Shown in pieces: positions 1 to 9,790 of a stretch of 64,000 bases of DNA. The number at the start of each line of letters is the position of its first letter. The stretch's first letter is position 1. The notes under the pieces are model-generated. The model saw only the letters and a list, made by a program, of their open reading frames with translations. It searched no databases and was not told the origin of the DNA. Origin of the DNA: Bdellovibrionales bacterium (GTDB taxonomy: Bacteria > Bdellovibrionota > Bdellovibrionia > Bdellovibrionales > UBA1609). The position numbers and the translations under genes are program-made. Location: contig DAHVQG010000001.1 of the NCBI GenBank assembly GCA_027317865.1, forward strand, positions 1 through 64,000. The letters are read 5' to 3'.

Positions 1-551
1 CACGACTCAGGATTTGAGCAACACTTCTGGGCCAGTGCTTGAGCTTGGTAACACTGATTTTGATTGACCACACGTTGCTGCGCTTGCGAATTGGATTGTT
101 GGTTGTAGGTGCCACCATTCGCGGTGGTGTTACCGTTGTAGTATGGCTGCTGTGACCCCGGAGTTGTCGTGCCTTGAGCACCAGCAGCGGCAGCGGCAGC
201 GGCTTGTTGTGCTGCTGCTTGCGCGGCGGGTGATTGAGCAGGTGGCAGGGCAAGATTGCCACCAGTGTTATTTGGCGACGAGGTTGCTCCACCAAAATTA
301 TCAATTGTTGTTTGTGGCAAGGTAACAGTTATATTTTGCATTGTAGGCTGTGCTGCTGGTGGCGACACTGACCTGGTCCCCGTAATGGTCACAGTAGCCA
401 GGTTCGGCGCAGTTTGTACGGGCTCGCAGACATTTGGCAGTTGTTGTTGGTTTAATTGATATCCAGGGCCGCAGGGGCCGTCCGCCAATGCGTTATGTGC
501 AAATGTCAAAAATGAAAACGCGGCAACAAGAAAGAATTTAGCCCGCTTCAT
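1..551 (-). CDS. Secreted low-complexity (Q/A/T/N-rich) hypothetical protein, 3' truncated by the window edge
   Basis: Not in the ORF track. Manual translation from ATG 551 (GGGGGA RBS upstream) gives MKRAKFFLVAAFSFLTFAHNALA (signal peptide) DGPCGPGYQ...AQAAAQQAAAAAAAG...QCYQAQALAQKCCSNPES, open to position 1. Confidence 0.8.
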   Translation of the reverse strand, partial: MKRAKFFLVAAFSFLTFAHNALADGPCGPGYQLNQQQLPNVCEPVQTAPNLATVTITGTRSVSPPAAQPTMQNITVTLPQTTIDNFGGATSSPNNTGGNLALPPAQSPAAQAAAQQAAAAAAAGAQGTTTPGSQQPYYNGNTTANGGTYNQQSNSQAQQRVVNQNQCYQAQALAQKCCSNPES

Positions 552-686
552 ATGATCCCCCAGAAAATTTTAACCCCTCATATTATTATGAATGAAAATC
601 AAATTTTCAGTGAGGACTTTTGCACAAACGAATCGAAATGAGACATATTTTGGGGCTGGGGGTGGCTAGCGGTTATACAACTGAAT

Positions 687-1709
687 TTATTTTGTTCGTT
701 TAAGCCACATAAATCGACGGAATACGGCGCGAACGCCGGCGATATCGTCAGGCGTAAGATAGAAATAACCGCTACTTGCCATAACACTTGAGGGCTGATC
801 GGCAGGGCTTGCGACAGAAACATGACTTGGGTCGCAATTATAGTCTTGAGGACTGTTATTCGTATCGCATAGTCCAAATGCATGGCCGATCTCATGAATG
901 AGTGCATCATAGGATGAAAGGATAATTTCATTTTTTGGTGTGTCTAACCATTCGGCAAAAGATCCAGCGGTCATCTCATGCGCGTTCGCATATCTCATGA
1001 CGTGGTCGAGGGTTAATCCGGGCAAGTATTTTTCGGTCAAATATTGAAAATCATAAATTGGTTCACGAAGAAGTTTTGAATGCCAGTACATTAAATAGGT
1101 CCCCATCTCGTTGAGATAGGTACGATAAAAATATCCAAAATCATTTTCTGCTAGCGAGACCGCCGCCCAACTATTATTAGACTGTTCAAATGTAGGTCTA
1201 GACGGCTCAATCGAAATTTCAAGATTTAAATTATTGTCGTCACAGGCGACCTGTCGAACTGTCACGGGGCCCGTCAAATCGCGCACGGCTTCTAACCATA
1301 GTTGCAGGGCAAATCTTGTTTGCTCGCTAATGGATTGAACGCTGAAATGGCCAGGATTTATAACTTTGCCATCTTTATTTTTCGGGAGTTTAAGCGTGAC
1401 GCAATAATTGACCCAGTGGTGCCGAAGTACGGGGTAGATAAGGAATGAACGCCGCCACTTTGTGTTGAGGCCAGGCAGCATCCCCCACGCCATGGCGCGG
1501 GAGCCGGCGAAAAATGTCGCGCTAATAATTGCGCCGAACGCAAAAATTAAAATTGCGTGACCTATGCGACCTATGCGACCTATGTGACCTAGGTGACCGA
1601 GGCGAAATATGTGGCTCGCGTGGTTTGGACGAGTGGACAAAAGCGTCTCCAGTGCCAATGGTTCAACAATTAGAGCAAAAAAAGCAGATGCCAATAGTAC
1701 AAGAATCAA
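687..1709 (-). CDS. Secreted zinc metalloprotease (metzincin, HEXXHXXGXXD type); true start uncertain, probably downstream of 1709
   Basis: HEIGHAFGLCD zinc motif followed by a SSVM Met-turn and LTPDDIAG helix; signal-like segment AILIFAFGAIISATFFAGSRAMA. Confidence 0.8.
   Translation of the reverse strand: MILVLLASAFFALIVEPLALETLLSTRPNHASHIFRLGHLGHIGRIGRIGHAILIFAFGAIISATFFAGSRAMAWGMLPGLNTKWRRSFLIYPVLRHHWVNYCVTLKLPKNKDGKVINPGHFSVQSISEQTRFALQLWLEAVRDLTGPVTVRQVACDDNNLNLEISIEPSRPTFEQSNNSWAAVSLAENDFGYFYRTYLNEMGTYLMYWHSKLLREPIYDFQYLTEKYLPGLTLDHVMRYANAHEMTAGSFAEWLDTPKNEIILSSYDALIHEIGHAFGLCDTNNSPQDYNCDPSHVSVASPADQPSSVMASSGYFYLTPDDIAGVRAVFRRFMWLKRTK
1557..1601. repeat. 9-bp tandem repeat, about 5 copies (GYGACCTAT), encoding GHLGHIGRIGRIGH on the minus strand
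   Basis: gtgacctat gcgacctat gcgacctat gtgacctag gtgaccgag read directly. Confidence 0.85.
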
Positions 1710-1846
1710 GTCGGATTCTCAATGGCGCTGGGATTTAAAAATCTCAACAAATACGGTTGAATTTACAAGTTTGTGTTTAAAAGCTAAACAGCCAAGAAGA
1801 AATTACACCGGTGATTGCGCGGAATAGTCCCATCTAGCCGCATAAA

Positions 1847-2980
1847 TCAAAAATTCATGCTCATTTCAAAGGCGTACCGGCGGCTTTGTTCAGTGGCACT
1901 TGTTGTACCTTCTTCTTCTCCCCAGCTTGCGATCTCAAGTTCGAATACCGACATGCGCGCGCCAAATCCGGCCGTCCAATAACCCTGATTGACCCCGGCG
2001 CTCCAGAAGCCTTGCCACCAGTTGTACATCTTCCAATAAAATTCAGCACCGACGTGAAGGCCTTTTAACGGCGTCCATTGGCTATTGCCAATGTCGCGTA
2101 AATCGAGCGCAACCTTCGGATGAAAAACCCAAAAATGTTTAAGCCCAACTTTCGTGCCGAAATCGACCACCCGTTGATACGGAATCGGTGCACTCGCGCT
2201 TTTATTAAAAAATTTCACCGGTAAAACAAATCCGTAGGAGCCGACGTTGCGAACTACGAGAGCAAAAGAGGGTCTAAAGAAGGCATCGGCGGGTTCGGCC
2301 ATATCATATAATAGACCAAGATCGCCATCCACCGTTGCGCCTTCGTCGACATTGCTGAGATCGACGAGTTTACTGCCGTTAACCGCAAGTTCTGTGGATT
2401 GAATGACGTCACTATAGGAGGCGCGATGAACAAGACGCAGGTTGTACCCCCAGTAAAGATGACCGGGTAAGTGAAACGGCATTCGCGCACTGTGGCCGTA
2501 AGCGTAGGCAACCGTTGTATCAAGAATCGAAGTCACAAACACGCTCGGCGTACCGGCGATCGAGCTATGTAAATCGAAATTATTTGAAAAATCAAGAGGT
2601 AAAATAGCAAGACTCCAGTGGCGGTGAACGAAAATCCCGCCGAGTGTGGGCCTAAAATACATGTCGTCGCCGTAGTACTTGTTGAGTACATTCGTGACTT
2701 GAACGGGGTCGCTGCCGGCATTTTTTAGATTATTGTAAAACGGGATAACATTTTGATCGGCTGCCCCCCGCAAAAAAAGGCGCAAGTCGGTGCCGTTGTG
2801 TTTCGCAAGGGCGGCGGGATTATAAAACATCGCAAAATCATCGTCGGCAACCGCGGTAAAGGCGTCGCCCATGCCGAGCGCGCGAAGGCTCTGATAGTTT
2901 TCGTGAATGCCATAGTTAGGTGCATTAGCGTACGCGCGAAATGCAAAAACCGTTAACGCGATAAAAAGCGCCGTTTTCAT
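1847..2980 (-). CDS. Outer-membrane beta-barrel, TraF/PorV/FadL-like family (paralog A)
   Basis: Signal peptide; N-terminal RALGMGDAFTAVADD..AMFYNPAAL motif; C-terminal GVNQGYWTAG..ASWGEE..RRY; terminal Phe. Confidence 0.8.
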   Translation of the reverse strand: MKTALFIALTVFAFRAYANAPNYGIHENYQSLRALGMGDAFTAVADDDFAMFYNPAALAKHNGTDLRLFLRGAADQNVIPFYNNLKNAGSDPVQVTNVLNKYYGDDMYFRPTLGGIFVHRHWSLAILPLDFSNNFDLHSSIAGTPSVFVTSILDTTVAYAYGHSARMPFHLPGHLYWGYNLRLVHRASYSDVIQSTELAVNGSKLVDLSNVDEGATVDGDLGLLYDMAEPADAFFRPSFALVVRNVGSYGFVLPVKFFNKSASAPIPYQRVVDFGTKVGLKHFWVFHPKVALDLRDIGNSQWTPLKGLHVGAEFYWKMYNWWQGFWSAGVNQGYWTAGFGARMSVFELEIASWGEEEGTTSATEQSRRYAFEMSMNF

Positions 2981-3057
2981 GTTGGTCCTTAATTTACGAT
3001 TGATGACGTTTTTAAAATTTTATATTCAATGTAGGGCAATCGGGTATAATTAACTTC

Positions 3058-3789
3058 ATGCTTCGTTTCTCGACATATGTCCTGTCAGTGATATTTGTTG
3101 CTGTTCTTTTTGGGGTGGTCATATCGCCCTTCTTTGCTTATGCTTTGCCGCAGAAAAGCGCGCCGGCTGATACGGTGGATAATTCGATTGCGACAAAATC
3201 GACGAAATCAAATGCAAAGAAATCGAGTTCTTTAATAAAAACTGATAATCTATCTGTCGCACCAGTGCCGAAGGCCGCCCAATTTGCGGTTCAAAAGCTT
3301 CGATGGTCGAGGGGCTTTGAGCGCTCTACGTATTACTATCCGTACACGCACGAACTCATTTTATTCGCGGGTGCAAACGACGTTGTTCAAGATACCTCGC
3401 GAACATATCCAATTTTCACTGGATTAGGTGGATTGTCGTATGTGTTCCCGACGCTTTTTGACCGCACCAATCGCAACATCAGTTACCGGTGGGAGGGTGG
3501 TGGCGAATTTTCTGACGGTGGCCAGTTTCAGTTTTGGCTCGCAAGGCGGCACGTTTATGATCCCACCTATGCGTTTCGGCCCTATTACAGTTATGGGATT
3601 ATGCACAACCTTGTTCCGTCGCAACAACTGGCAAGTTTTTCGAATTGGAACAACTACCTCGTTCGTTTGGCAATCGGCATGCAAGACGTCATAACGCCCC
3701 CACATTCGTTACAATTGGAGATTGTCGCGGCGGCCGGGCCAAAAGATATTTTTCTACTCGCGACCTGCGGAATTGCTTGGGGATTATAA
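3058..3789 (+). CDS. Exported protein, probable small outer-membrane beta-barrel with low-complexity N-terminus
   Basis: Signal peptide (AYA), amphipathic aromatic-rich strands, ends CGIAWGL; TATAAT 7 nt upstream of the ATG. Confidence 0.65.
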   Translation: MLRFSTYVLSVIFVAVLFGVVISPFFAYALPQKSAPADTVDNSIATKSTKSNAKKSSSLIKTDNLSVAPVPKAAQFAVQKLRWSRGFERSTYYYPYTHELILFAGANDVVQDTSRTYPIFTGLGGLSYVFPTLFDRTNRNISYRWEGGGEFSDGGQFQFWLARRHVYDPTYAFRPYYSYGIMHNLVPSQQLASFSNWNNYLVRLAIGMQDVITPPHSLQLEIVAAAGPKDIFLLATCGIAWGL

Positions 3790-3825
3790 AAGAAGAGACT
3801 TCCGTTTTGTGTTCATTAAAAGATT

Positions 3826-4539
3826 TTAAAGCGATCCCAACAGATTTTGACCGATCGTTGTGGGGTTGCCGTTGCCGCTTGCAATGGCGTTATTAATAGT
3901 CGTGCAAACAGAGCTTGTCTGGTTCGAGCCCGTGCAATACGTGGATGCGACAGTTTGCGCAATTGTTCCGACTTGGGTTGGGCTGCAATTATTCGGATTG
4001 GTGGAGCAGTAGGCCGCGGCAGTCGACGGATTGCTTGCATTTGCTAGCGTCATAATTGTACCAGCCTCGGCTAAACCGGCCATATAAACGAAACTCGATG
4101 TATTTGAAGCGGTACAGTCGTTGTATGTCTGCTCCGCAAAAGTAGTACTGTAATTTCCGCTTGAGTCTTTCAGTGCCAAATCGGGCATCAAGGTTGCGGC
4201 GACTTGATTGCCTGAGATGTTATTTGTTTTTATGGTTTCGTAGTCGTTGACAAGGGTACTTTCTGTAATGCCGCCGATAATAAAATCGGCGGAACAACGG
4301 ACGACTTCGGCGTTAGCCGAATAATCACCCGATATTGGCGTCAAACAGTTTTGCGCTTCTGCGGGAGTGGGGCTTGAGCCCAATCCATCCAAACATTTTT
4401 GCGCTTGGGCTTGGTTATCGGCTTGCGATGATTCGCAACTCGAGAGGAGTAAACTTGTCGTAACAAGCACAATCGCGCCAAAGATTGCGAAGACAAAACG
4501 CATTTCGCGCAAAAGAGGTTTTAGCGGCAAAGCGGCCAT
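3826..4539 (-). CDS. Cys-rich lipoprotein of unknown function
   Basis: Hydrophobic leader with lipobox LLSSC; multiple Cys; S/T/N/Q-rich. Confidence 0.8.
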   Translation of the reverse strand: MAALPLKPLLREMRFVFAIFGAIVLVTTSLLLSSCESSQADNQAQAQKCLDGLGSSPTPAEAQNCLTPISGDYSANAEVVRCSADFIIGGITESTLVNDYETIKTNNISGNQVAATLMPDLALKDSSGNYSTTFAEQTYNDCTASNTSSFVYMAGLAEAGTIMTLANASNPSTAAAYCSTNPNNCSPTQVGTIAQTVASTYCTGSNQTSSVCTTINNAIASGNGNPTTIGQNLLGSL

Positions 4540-4633
4540 ACAATATCGTCAGGCGAAGCGATACTCGCCGTCAACTCGACTTTCGTCTTTGAGGTAATTG
4601 AAAGACTTTCTACACAACTCGACCATTGTCGTC

Positions 4634-4661
4634 TCAATCTGAGTCGGAAAACTGTCGATGG
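4634..4661 (+). promoter_or_regulatory. Putative sigma28 (FliA)-type promoter overlapping a GTCTCA-N3-TGAGTC palindrome
   Basis: TCAA-N16-GTCGATGG, 9 nt before ATG 4671; same geometry as at 9754. Confidence 0.55.
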
Positions 4662-4670
4662 TGTCTCTGT

Positions 4671-5816
4671 ATGAAACATCTTTTTTTAACTGGTTTCGTT
4701 GCGATTATAACTTTTGTGCCGGGGCTGGCAGCGGCAGGTGAGCGATACGATTTTTACGACAGTGTGCGTGGGCTAGGGATGGGCAATGCGGTTGTGTCAA
4801 CAGTCGATGAAGATTCGGCGATTTGGCTCAACCCCGCGGCGCTCGGCCGTGTTCGCGGTAATATTTTGACACTCGCAAATCCGCAAGCGGATATTGGGCA
4901 AGAAACCTTCCCGATGATCGGTGCGAGTGTTTTAGATTCCATCAACCCGCAAGATACGTTGAATGACTGCAATGCGCATCCCAACGACCATTTTCACCAG
5001 CGAGAGCAAATTTCACCGTCATTTGTTATGACGAATTTCGGCGTGGGAGTGTTAGATAAATATCAAACCGACGCTTATGTTGTGCCCGGCACCACTTCGA
5101 ATACTTTTTATTATAATTATACTCACGACGAAGCGGCGGTGATGGCTTTCGATTTGCCGCTATTTAGCGGAATTTTAAAAATTGGCGCTAACATCCGGGC
5201 CATTGACCGCACGGAATCTCATCGAAACGACATACCGACCACGAGCAAAGGGCTGACTGGAACTACGGTAATTAACGGTTCAACTGTTTTTAGCGAAGGT
5301 TTCGGCATTGCAAGTGATATGGGCGCGATTGTCACCTTGCCGGTCGAATACCTCCCGACTTTTGCGGCGGTTTGGCGCGACATCGGTACCACGCGCTACG
5401 ATATCAATCACGGTTCACAATATTCCACAACAAACCGACCGGCGTCGACCCCATCTACTGTGGATGTGGGGATGTCTATTTCGCCGATACTCAGTCCGGG
5501 TGTTCGGCTTGTTTTGGCGGCGCAACTTTCGGACATTTTTCAAAATGTCGAGCCACCGAGCATTTATGAATCGCCGTCTATTGTTCGCCGTTTACATGCG
5601 GGGTTCGAATTGAATTTTGACGACCACATGTTCATTCGCGGCGGCTACAACCAAGGCTATTGGACGGCTGGCTTTGAAATGGACGTCGGTAATAGCCAAT
5701 TGCAACTTGCCAGCTACGGCGAAGAAATTGCCAGCGTGCCACTCATCGGCTCAGGTCAAACCTATACACCCATACAGGATCGGCGATTTGTCGTGGAATA
5801 TGCTTACAGGTACTAA
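4671..5816 (+). CDS. Outer-membrane beta-barrel, TraF/PorV/FadL-like family (paralog B)
   Basis: MKHLFLTG signal peptide; RGLGMGNAVVSTVDED.AIWLNPAAL; GYNQGYWTAG..ASYGEE..DRRF; ends YAYRY. Confidence 0.8.
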   Translation: MKHLFLTGFVAIITFVPGLAAAGERYDFYDSVRGLGMGNAVVSTVDEDSAIWLNPAALGRVRGNILTLANPQADIGQETFPMIGASVLDSINPQDTLNDCNAHPNDHFHQREQISPSFVMTNFGVGVLDKYQTDAYVVPGTTSNTFYYNYTHDEAAVMAFDLPLFSGILKIGANIRAIDRTESHRNDIPTTSKGLTGTTVINGSTVFSEGFGIASDMGAIVTLPVEYLPTFAAVWRDIGTTRYDINHGSQYSTTNRPASTPSTVDVGMSISPILSPGVRLVLAAQLSDIFQNVEPPSIYESPSIVRRLHAGFELNFDDHMFIRGGYNQGYWTAGFEMDVGNSQLQLASYGEEIASVPLIGSGQTYTPIQDRRFVVEYAYRY

Positions 5817-5841
5817 ACGGTCTCGCGTTAGGGCGCACAAC

Positions 5842-8800
5842 TTAAAGGCCTGACAAATAGCCAGTATTGCCGACACCGACAACTTCAACGGGAACGTCTT
5901 CTTGGGTTGTCGCATTGTTGCCGAGTTCACCATAGGTGTTATCGCCCCAGCAATAGTCATTGCCGCCTGCGGAAAGCGCGCAAAAGGATGTATTTGATGA
6001 CGTAACAAGAGGGCTAACTGCAGTAATACCAATAATGCTTGATAGATTGCCTGAGCCACCAACGCCCATGACTTCGTAGGGAACTTCTGCACAACCATAG
6101 CCACTTCCACGACCGCCGCAATTAGATGTCGGGCCGTTTGATTCATTTTGCCCGAGCTCCCCGTAGGAGTTATCGCCCCAACAGTACACATAGCCAGACG
6201 ATGATACCCCGCAGGTGTCATACGCTCCGGTCGCCAAAGCGATGATACTTGATAGATAACCCGTGGCACCGACACCTAAGACTTCGGTTGGGAACTTTTC
6301 GGCCGTAGTCGAATTATTACCAAGATCGCCTGAAAGATTACCGCCCCAACAGTAAACGTTGTTAGATGAGTTGATTGCGCAAATAAAATTGTCGGTGTTA
6401 TTGCCGCCTGACGCGGAAATTATATTCGCCAAATTTCCAGTGCCGCCGACGCCTTTGACCATAATTGGTGATGTGTCGCATGGTGCTGAATTATTGTTGC
6501 AACTCTTAGGTCCGCCAGCGCCGCCGTTACCGAGATAACCGGCGTCGTAGCCCCAGCAATAAACATTGCCCCCTGAAGATATTGAAGCAACGGCGCAGAA
6601 AGCGTCAGGTCCAGCCTCGCTTATACTGATTATGTTTGATAAATTGCCGGCGCCCTGCGCGCCCGCAACCACTTCATAGGGGACCATCCCGCAGGGTGCA
6701 TTCCCAAAAAAGAATGTACAGTTTGATGGATGATTATTTACGCTGCCGCCACCTTGCCCGAGTTCAGCGTAATTGTTATCGCCCCAACAATAGACGTTAC
6801 CAGACGACGAGACGGCACAAGTCGTAGCGGCATTTGTTGCTATGCTCACTATGTTTGAAAGATAACCGGTGCCGCCGACGCCTTCAACTTCAACGGGTGT
6901 CATGCTACACCCGGTTGCCGACGACGTACATGTGCTCGGTCCGCTATAGCTATTCACTCCGAGTTCACCAAATTCGTTATCACCCCAACAATAGACATTA
7001 CCGGCCGAAGAAAGTGCGCAAGTTGAATAACTGCCTTGCGAGACGCTCGTGATATTAGAAAGGTAACCTGTGCCGCCGACTCCCTCGACTTCGACAGGCG
7101 TCAAACTACATGGAGTTGAACCACAGGTGCTAGGGCCAGTGTCTTCACCAACACCGAGGTTGCCATAAGTGTTATTGCCCCAGCAATATACGTTGCCGGA
7201 GCTTGAAACGGAACACGACCCCGCAACAGTGCCCGAATTACCGCTCAAACTAATGACAACGTCTTTCGAGCATGCCGGTACGAGTCCGCTCGTAGAAGCG
7301 CCAATGTATATAATTCCGGCGGTGCCAGAATAGGTGACCCCAGCAAAATTTGCGCTGCCAGACGATGCCGATACGGGATTGGTGGTAGCGGTAATATTTA
7401 CGTTTGTTGAATTCGAACAACTCGAATCTGCATACGCTGCTAGCGTAATAGAGTCTGTTGCAGTGTTTATAAAATTACCTGCTGAGTCTTCAACTTCGAC
7501 GACTGGTTGGGTGCCAAAAGCCGTGCCTGATATCGCGCTTTGCGAAGGTTCGGTACTAAACCCAAGTTGGTAGGGAGAACCTGGATAGACTGTGACGGCA
7601 CTTGAACACGCGGTGACGAGCCCGGTTGATGTGGCGCCGATATAGATCGTTCCTGTTTTTCCGATGTATGTAACTCCGGCAAAATTCGCATGGCCCGAAG
7701 ATGCCGATACCGGGTTGGTAGTGGCAGAAAGGTTGCCGCTTGCCAATGTTGTGCAGTTTGAGTCGGTATAGGCGCCCAGTGTAATCGAATTTGTCGCCGA
7801 GCTATCGAGGTTGCCGCCTGAATCCTCGACGGCAACTATGGGCTGGATGCCAAAAGTTTGGCCTGAATTAACGGCAGTGGATGGGGCGGTGCTAAAAACA
7901 AGTTGATATGCTGGCCCCGAGTCAATTGTAATGGCAGAAGAACATGCTTTTACCAGCCCGCTTGCTGTTGCGCCGATATAAATTGTGCCGGTCGGCCCGC
8001 TATAAGTAACACCGGTAAACGCCGCTTTACCCGATGACGCTGATAGCGGGTTAGTCGTTTCTGTAAGTCCACTGATTGAAGTAGTACAATTTGAATTAGA
8101 AAACGCACCAAGTGTAATGGAGTTTGAAGCTGAGCTAATGAGATTGCCGCCGCTGTCTTCAACTTCGACGACAGGTTGCGTGCTAAATACTGAACCTGTA
8201 ACGTTCGTGGTCGAAGGTTCAGTGCTAAAGGCAAGCTGGTAGGCAGAACCTGCGCTTACCGCAATGGCTTTCGAACATCCGGTTACGAGTCCGTTTGATG
8301 TTGCACCAAGGTAAATCGTACCAACCGGTCCGGTGTAAGTTACGCCGGCAAACGTTGCGGACCCTGAAGATGCAGACACAGGATTCGCGGTGGCAGACAG
8401 AGTACCTGTTGCGGCAGTGGTGCAGCTTGAGTTTGAAAAAACCTTAAGCGTAATCGAATTTGAAGCGGAGCTAATGAGATTTCCGCCGCTGTCTTCAACT
8501 TCGACGACAGGTTGCGTGCTCAAAACCGAGCCCGAGGTTTCGGTTGTTGAGGGTTGTGTGCTAAAGGCGGTTTGGTAAGCGGAACCGGTACCGATTGTAA
8601 TGGCCCCAGAACAAGCGGTGGTGAGACCACTTGCTGTGGCGCCTACATAAATCGTGCCGGCTGGGCCATTGTAAGTTACGGTTGTGAATATTGCGACTCC
8701 CGAGGACGCTTGCAAAGAATCCTCGGTGAATGTGCCTGATGCGGTAGCGGTGCAGGTCGAATTTGTATAGGCAACAAGCGTAACTGTATTATTGGCCGTC

Positions 8801-9060
8801 GTCGAAATTTTGCCGCTAGCATCTTCAATCAGCACATAAGGTTGGGTGCTGAATAAAGCGCCCGAGTTTGCAGTTGAAGGCAGCGAGGTATAGAAAACCA
8901 ATTGAGTTGCCGGATCGGAGGTTGAAGTGCCGTTACCTAGTTTTTTAAGCGGCATCGAGCATGCAGTTGTAAGACTGCCAACTGTTCCGCAAAAAAGAAA
9001 ATAACAAATAATTTTGAATGCATTTGCGTTTTTACGCATAGTACGTTCCATAAAAAACAC
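5842..9060 (-). CDS. Large surface lipoprotein/adhesin: five Ig-like repeats plus a seven-bladed RCC1/BLIP-II-like propeller (likely start ATG 9051)
   Basis: Lipobox LTTAC; five ~113-aa repeats (QLxFSTxPS..QPVVEVEDSGGN..ITL); seven (V/D)YCWGxNxYGxLG repeats. Confidence 0.88.
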   Translation of the reverse strand: MFFMERTMRKNANAFKIICYFLFCGTVGSLTTACSMPLKKLGNGTSTSDPATQLVFYTSLPSTANSGALFSTQPYVLIEDASGKISTTANNTVTLVAYTNSTCTATASGTFTEDSLQASSGVAIFTTVTYNGPAGTIYVGATASGLTTACSGAITIGTGSAYQTAFSTQPSTTETSGSVLSTQPVVEVEDSGGNLISSASNSITLKVFSNSSCTTAATGTLSATANPVSASSGSATFAGVTYTGPVGTIYLGATSNGLVTGCSKAIAVSAGSAYQLAFSTEPSTTNVTGSVFSTQPVVEVEDSGGNLISSASNSITLGAFSNSNCTTSISGLTETTNPLSASSGKAAFTGVTYSGPTGTIYIGATASGLVKACSSAITIDSGPAYQLVFSTAPSTAVNSGQTFGIQPIVAVEDSGGNLDSSATNSITLGAYTDSNCTTLASGNLSATTNPVSASSGHANFAGVTYIGKTGTIYIGATSTGLVTACSSAVTVYPGSPYQLGFSTEPSQSAISGTAFGTQPVVEVEDSAGNFINTATDSITLAAYADSSCSNSTNVNITATTNPVSASSGSANFAGVTYSGTAGIIYIGASTSGLVPACSKDVVISLSGNSGTVAGSCSVSSSGNVYCWGNNTYGNLGVGEDTGPSTCGSTPCSLTPVEVEGVGGTGYLSNITSVSQGSYSTCALSSAGNVYCWGDNEFGELGVNSYSGPSTCTSSATGCSMTPVEVEGVGGTGYLSNIVSIATNAATTCAVSSSGNVYCWGDNNYAELGQGGGSVNNHPSNCTFFFGNAPCGMVPYEVVAGAQGAGNLSNIISISEAGPDAFCAVASISSGGNVYCWGYDAGYLGNGGAGGPKSCNNNSAPCDTSPIMVKGVGGTGNLANIISASGGNNTDNFICAINSSNNVYCWGGNLSGDLGNNSTTAEKFPTEVLGVGATGYLSSIIALATGAYDTCGVSSSGYVYCWGDNSYGELGQNESNGPTSNCGGRGSGYGCAEVPYEVMGVGGSGNLSSIIGITAVSPLVTSSNTSFCALSAGGNDYCWGDNTYGELGNNATTQEDVPVEVVGVGNTGYLSGL

Positions 9061-9181
9061 GTCACCTAATTTATTTTATCATGGCCTAATACTTTTGGTC
9101 TTTATGGCGAGAAAATGTCATTTTGAGGCGTGAAAACGTATTAAATTTAGACATCTTTGAATCTCGAATATATTCTAAATT

Positions 9182-9727
9182 GTGAAAAAGATGATTTCAA
9201 AAAGATACGCGAGTTCATTGAAAATCGGCCTCGTAATTATTTTGTTTGCACTGCCCTTCATGTCGACCCGAGTTCTCGCGCAAAATGTTGGTAATTCTAC
9301 GAGAATGTGGCAGGCCGGTGCATTTTTCGGTCGCGGATTGCCGTATGGGCTTTCGCAAAACGACGAGATTTTTACGATTTGGGGATTGCGGATTTCGCCG
9401 CCGATTCCAGGCACGCAACGGGGATTTTTCGATGGTACTTATACGTCAGGCGCCGGGAGTGCGGTGACGTGGCAAGAGCTTTCGGTCGGCCTGAGCCTAG
9501 AGGAGCCGGTCGAAACGCTTTTTTTGGGTATGGGGATTGGATTTGACGCCATTCGGTTCACCACAGATTTGCTCAGCGGTCCTCATATAGTTTCTGGATA
9601 TTATTTGTTGGGTAGCGCGATGACCAATATCACGCCGAGTTTATTGGCGCGTTTTGATTTAACAATGAACTATCAGCCGGTTCCGGTTTATATGGTAGAC
9701 TTAGGTCTGGTGTACCAATTCCAATAA
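9182..9727 (+). CDS. Probable small (8-stranded-type) outer-membrane beta-barrel
   Basis: Signal peptide (VLA), alternating strands, ends DLGLVYQFQ. Confidence 0.7.
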   Translation: MKKMISKRYASSLKIGLVIILFALPFMSTRVLAQNVGNSTRMWQAGAFFGRGLPYGLSQNDEIFTIWGLRISPPIPGTQRGFFDGTYTSGAGSAVTWQELSVGLSLEEPVETLFLGMGIGFDAIRFTTDLLSGPHIVSGYYLLGSAMTNITPSLLARFDLTMNYQPVPVYMVDLGLVYQFQ

Positions 9728-9753
9728 AGTTTGTTTCATGACAAAAGTCTGTC

Positions 9754-9781
9754 TCAATTTGAAACGACAGAATGCCGAAAG
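9754..9781 (+). promoter_or_regulatory. Putative sigma28 (FliA)-type promoter overlapping a GTCTCA-N3-TGAAAC palindrome
   Basis: TCAA-N16-GCCGAAAG, 9 nt before ATG 9791. Confidence 0.6.
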
Positions 9782-9790
9782 TACACCTAT

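Noticed and set aside
143-459. Plus-strand ORFs 143-325 and 256-459
   Set aside because: Antisense to the signal-peptide-bearing partial gene at 1-551 on the minus strand.
5842-8910. DNA repeats as a CRISPR array or diversity-generating retroelement
   Set aside because: Repeats are in-frame, degenerate protein repeats; no reverse transcriptase or template/variable repeat pair seen.
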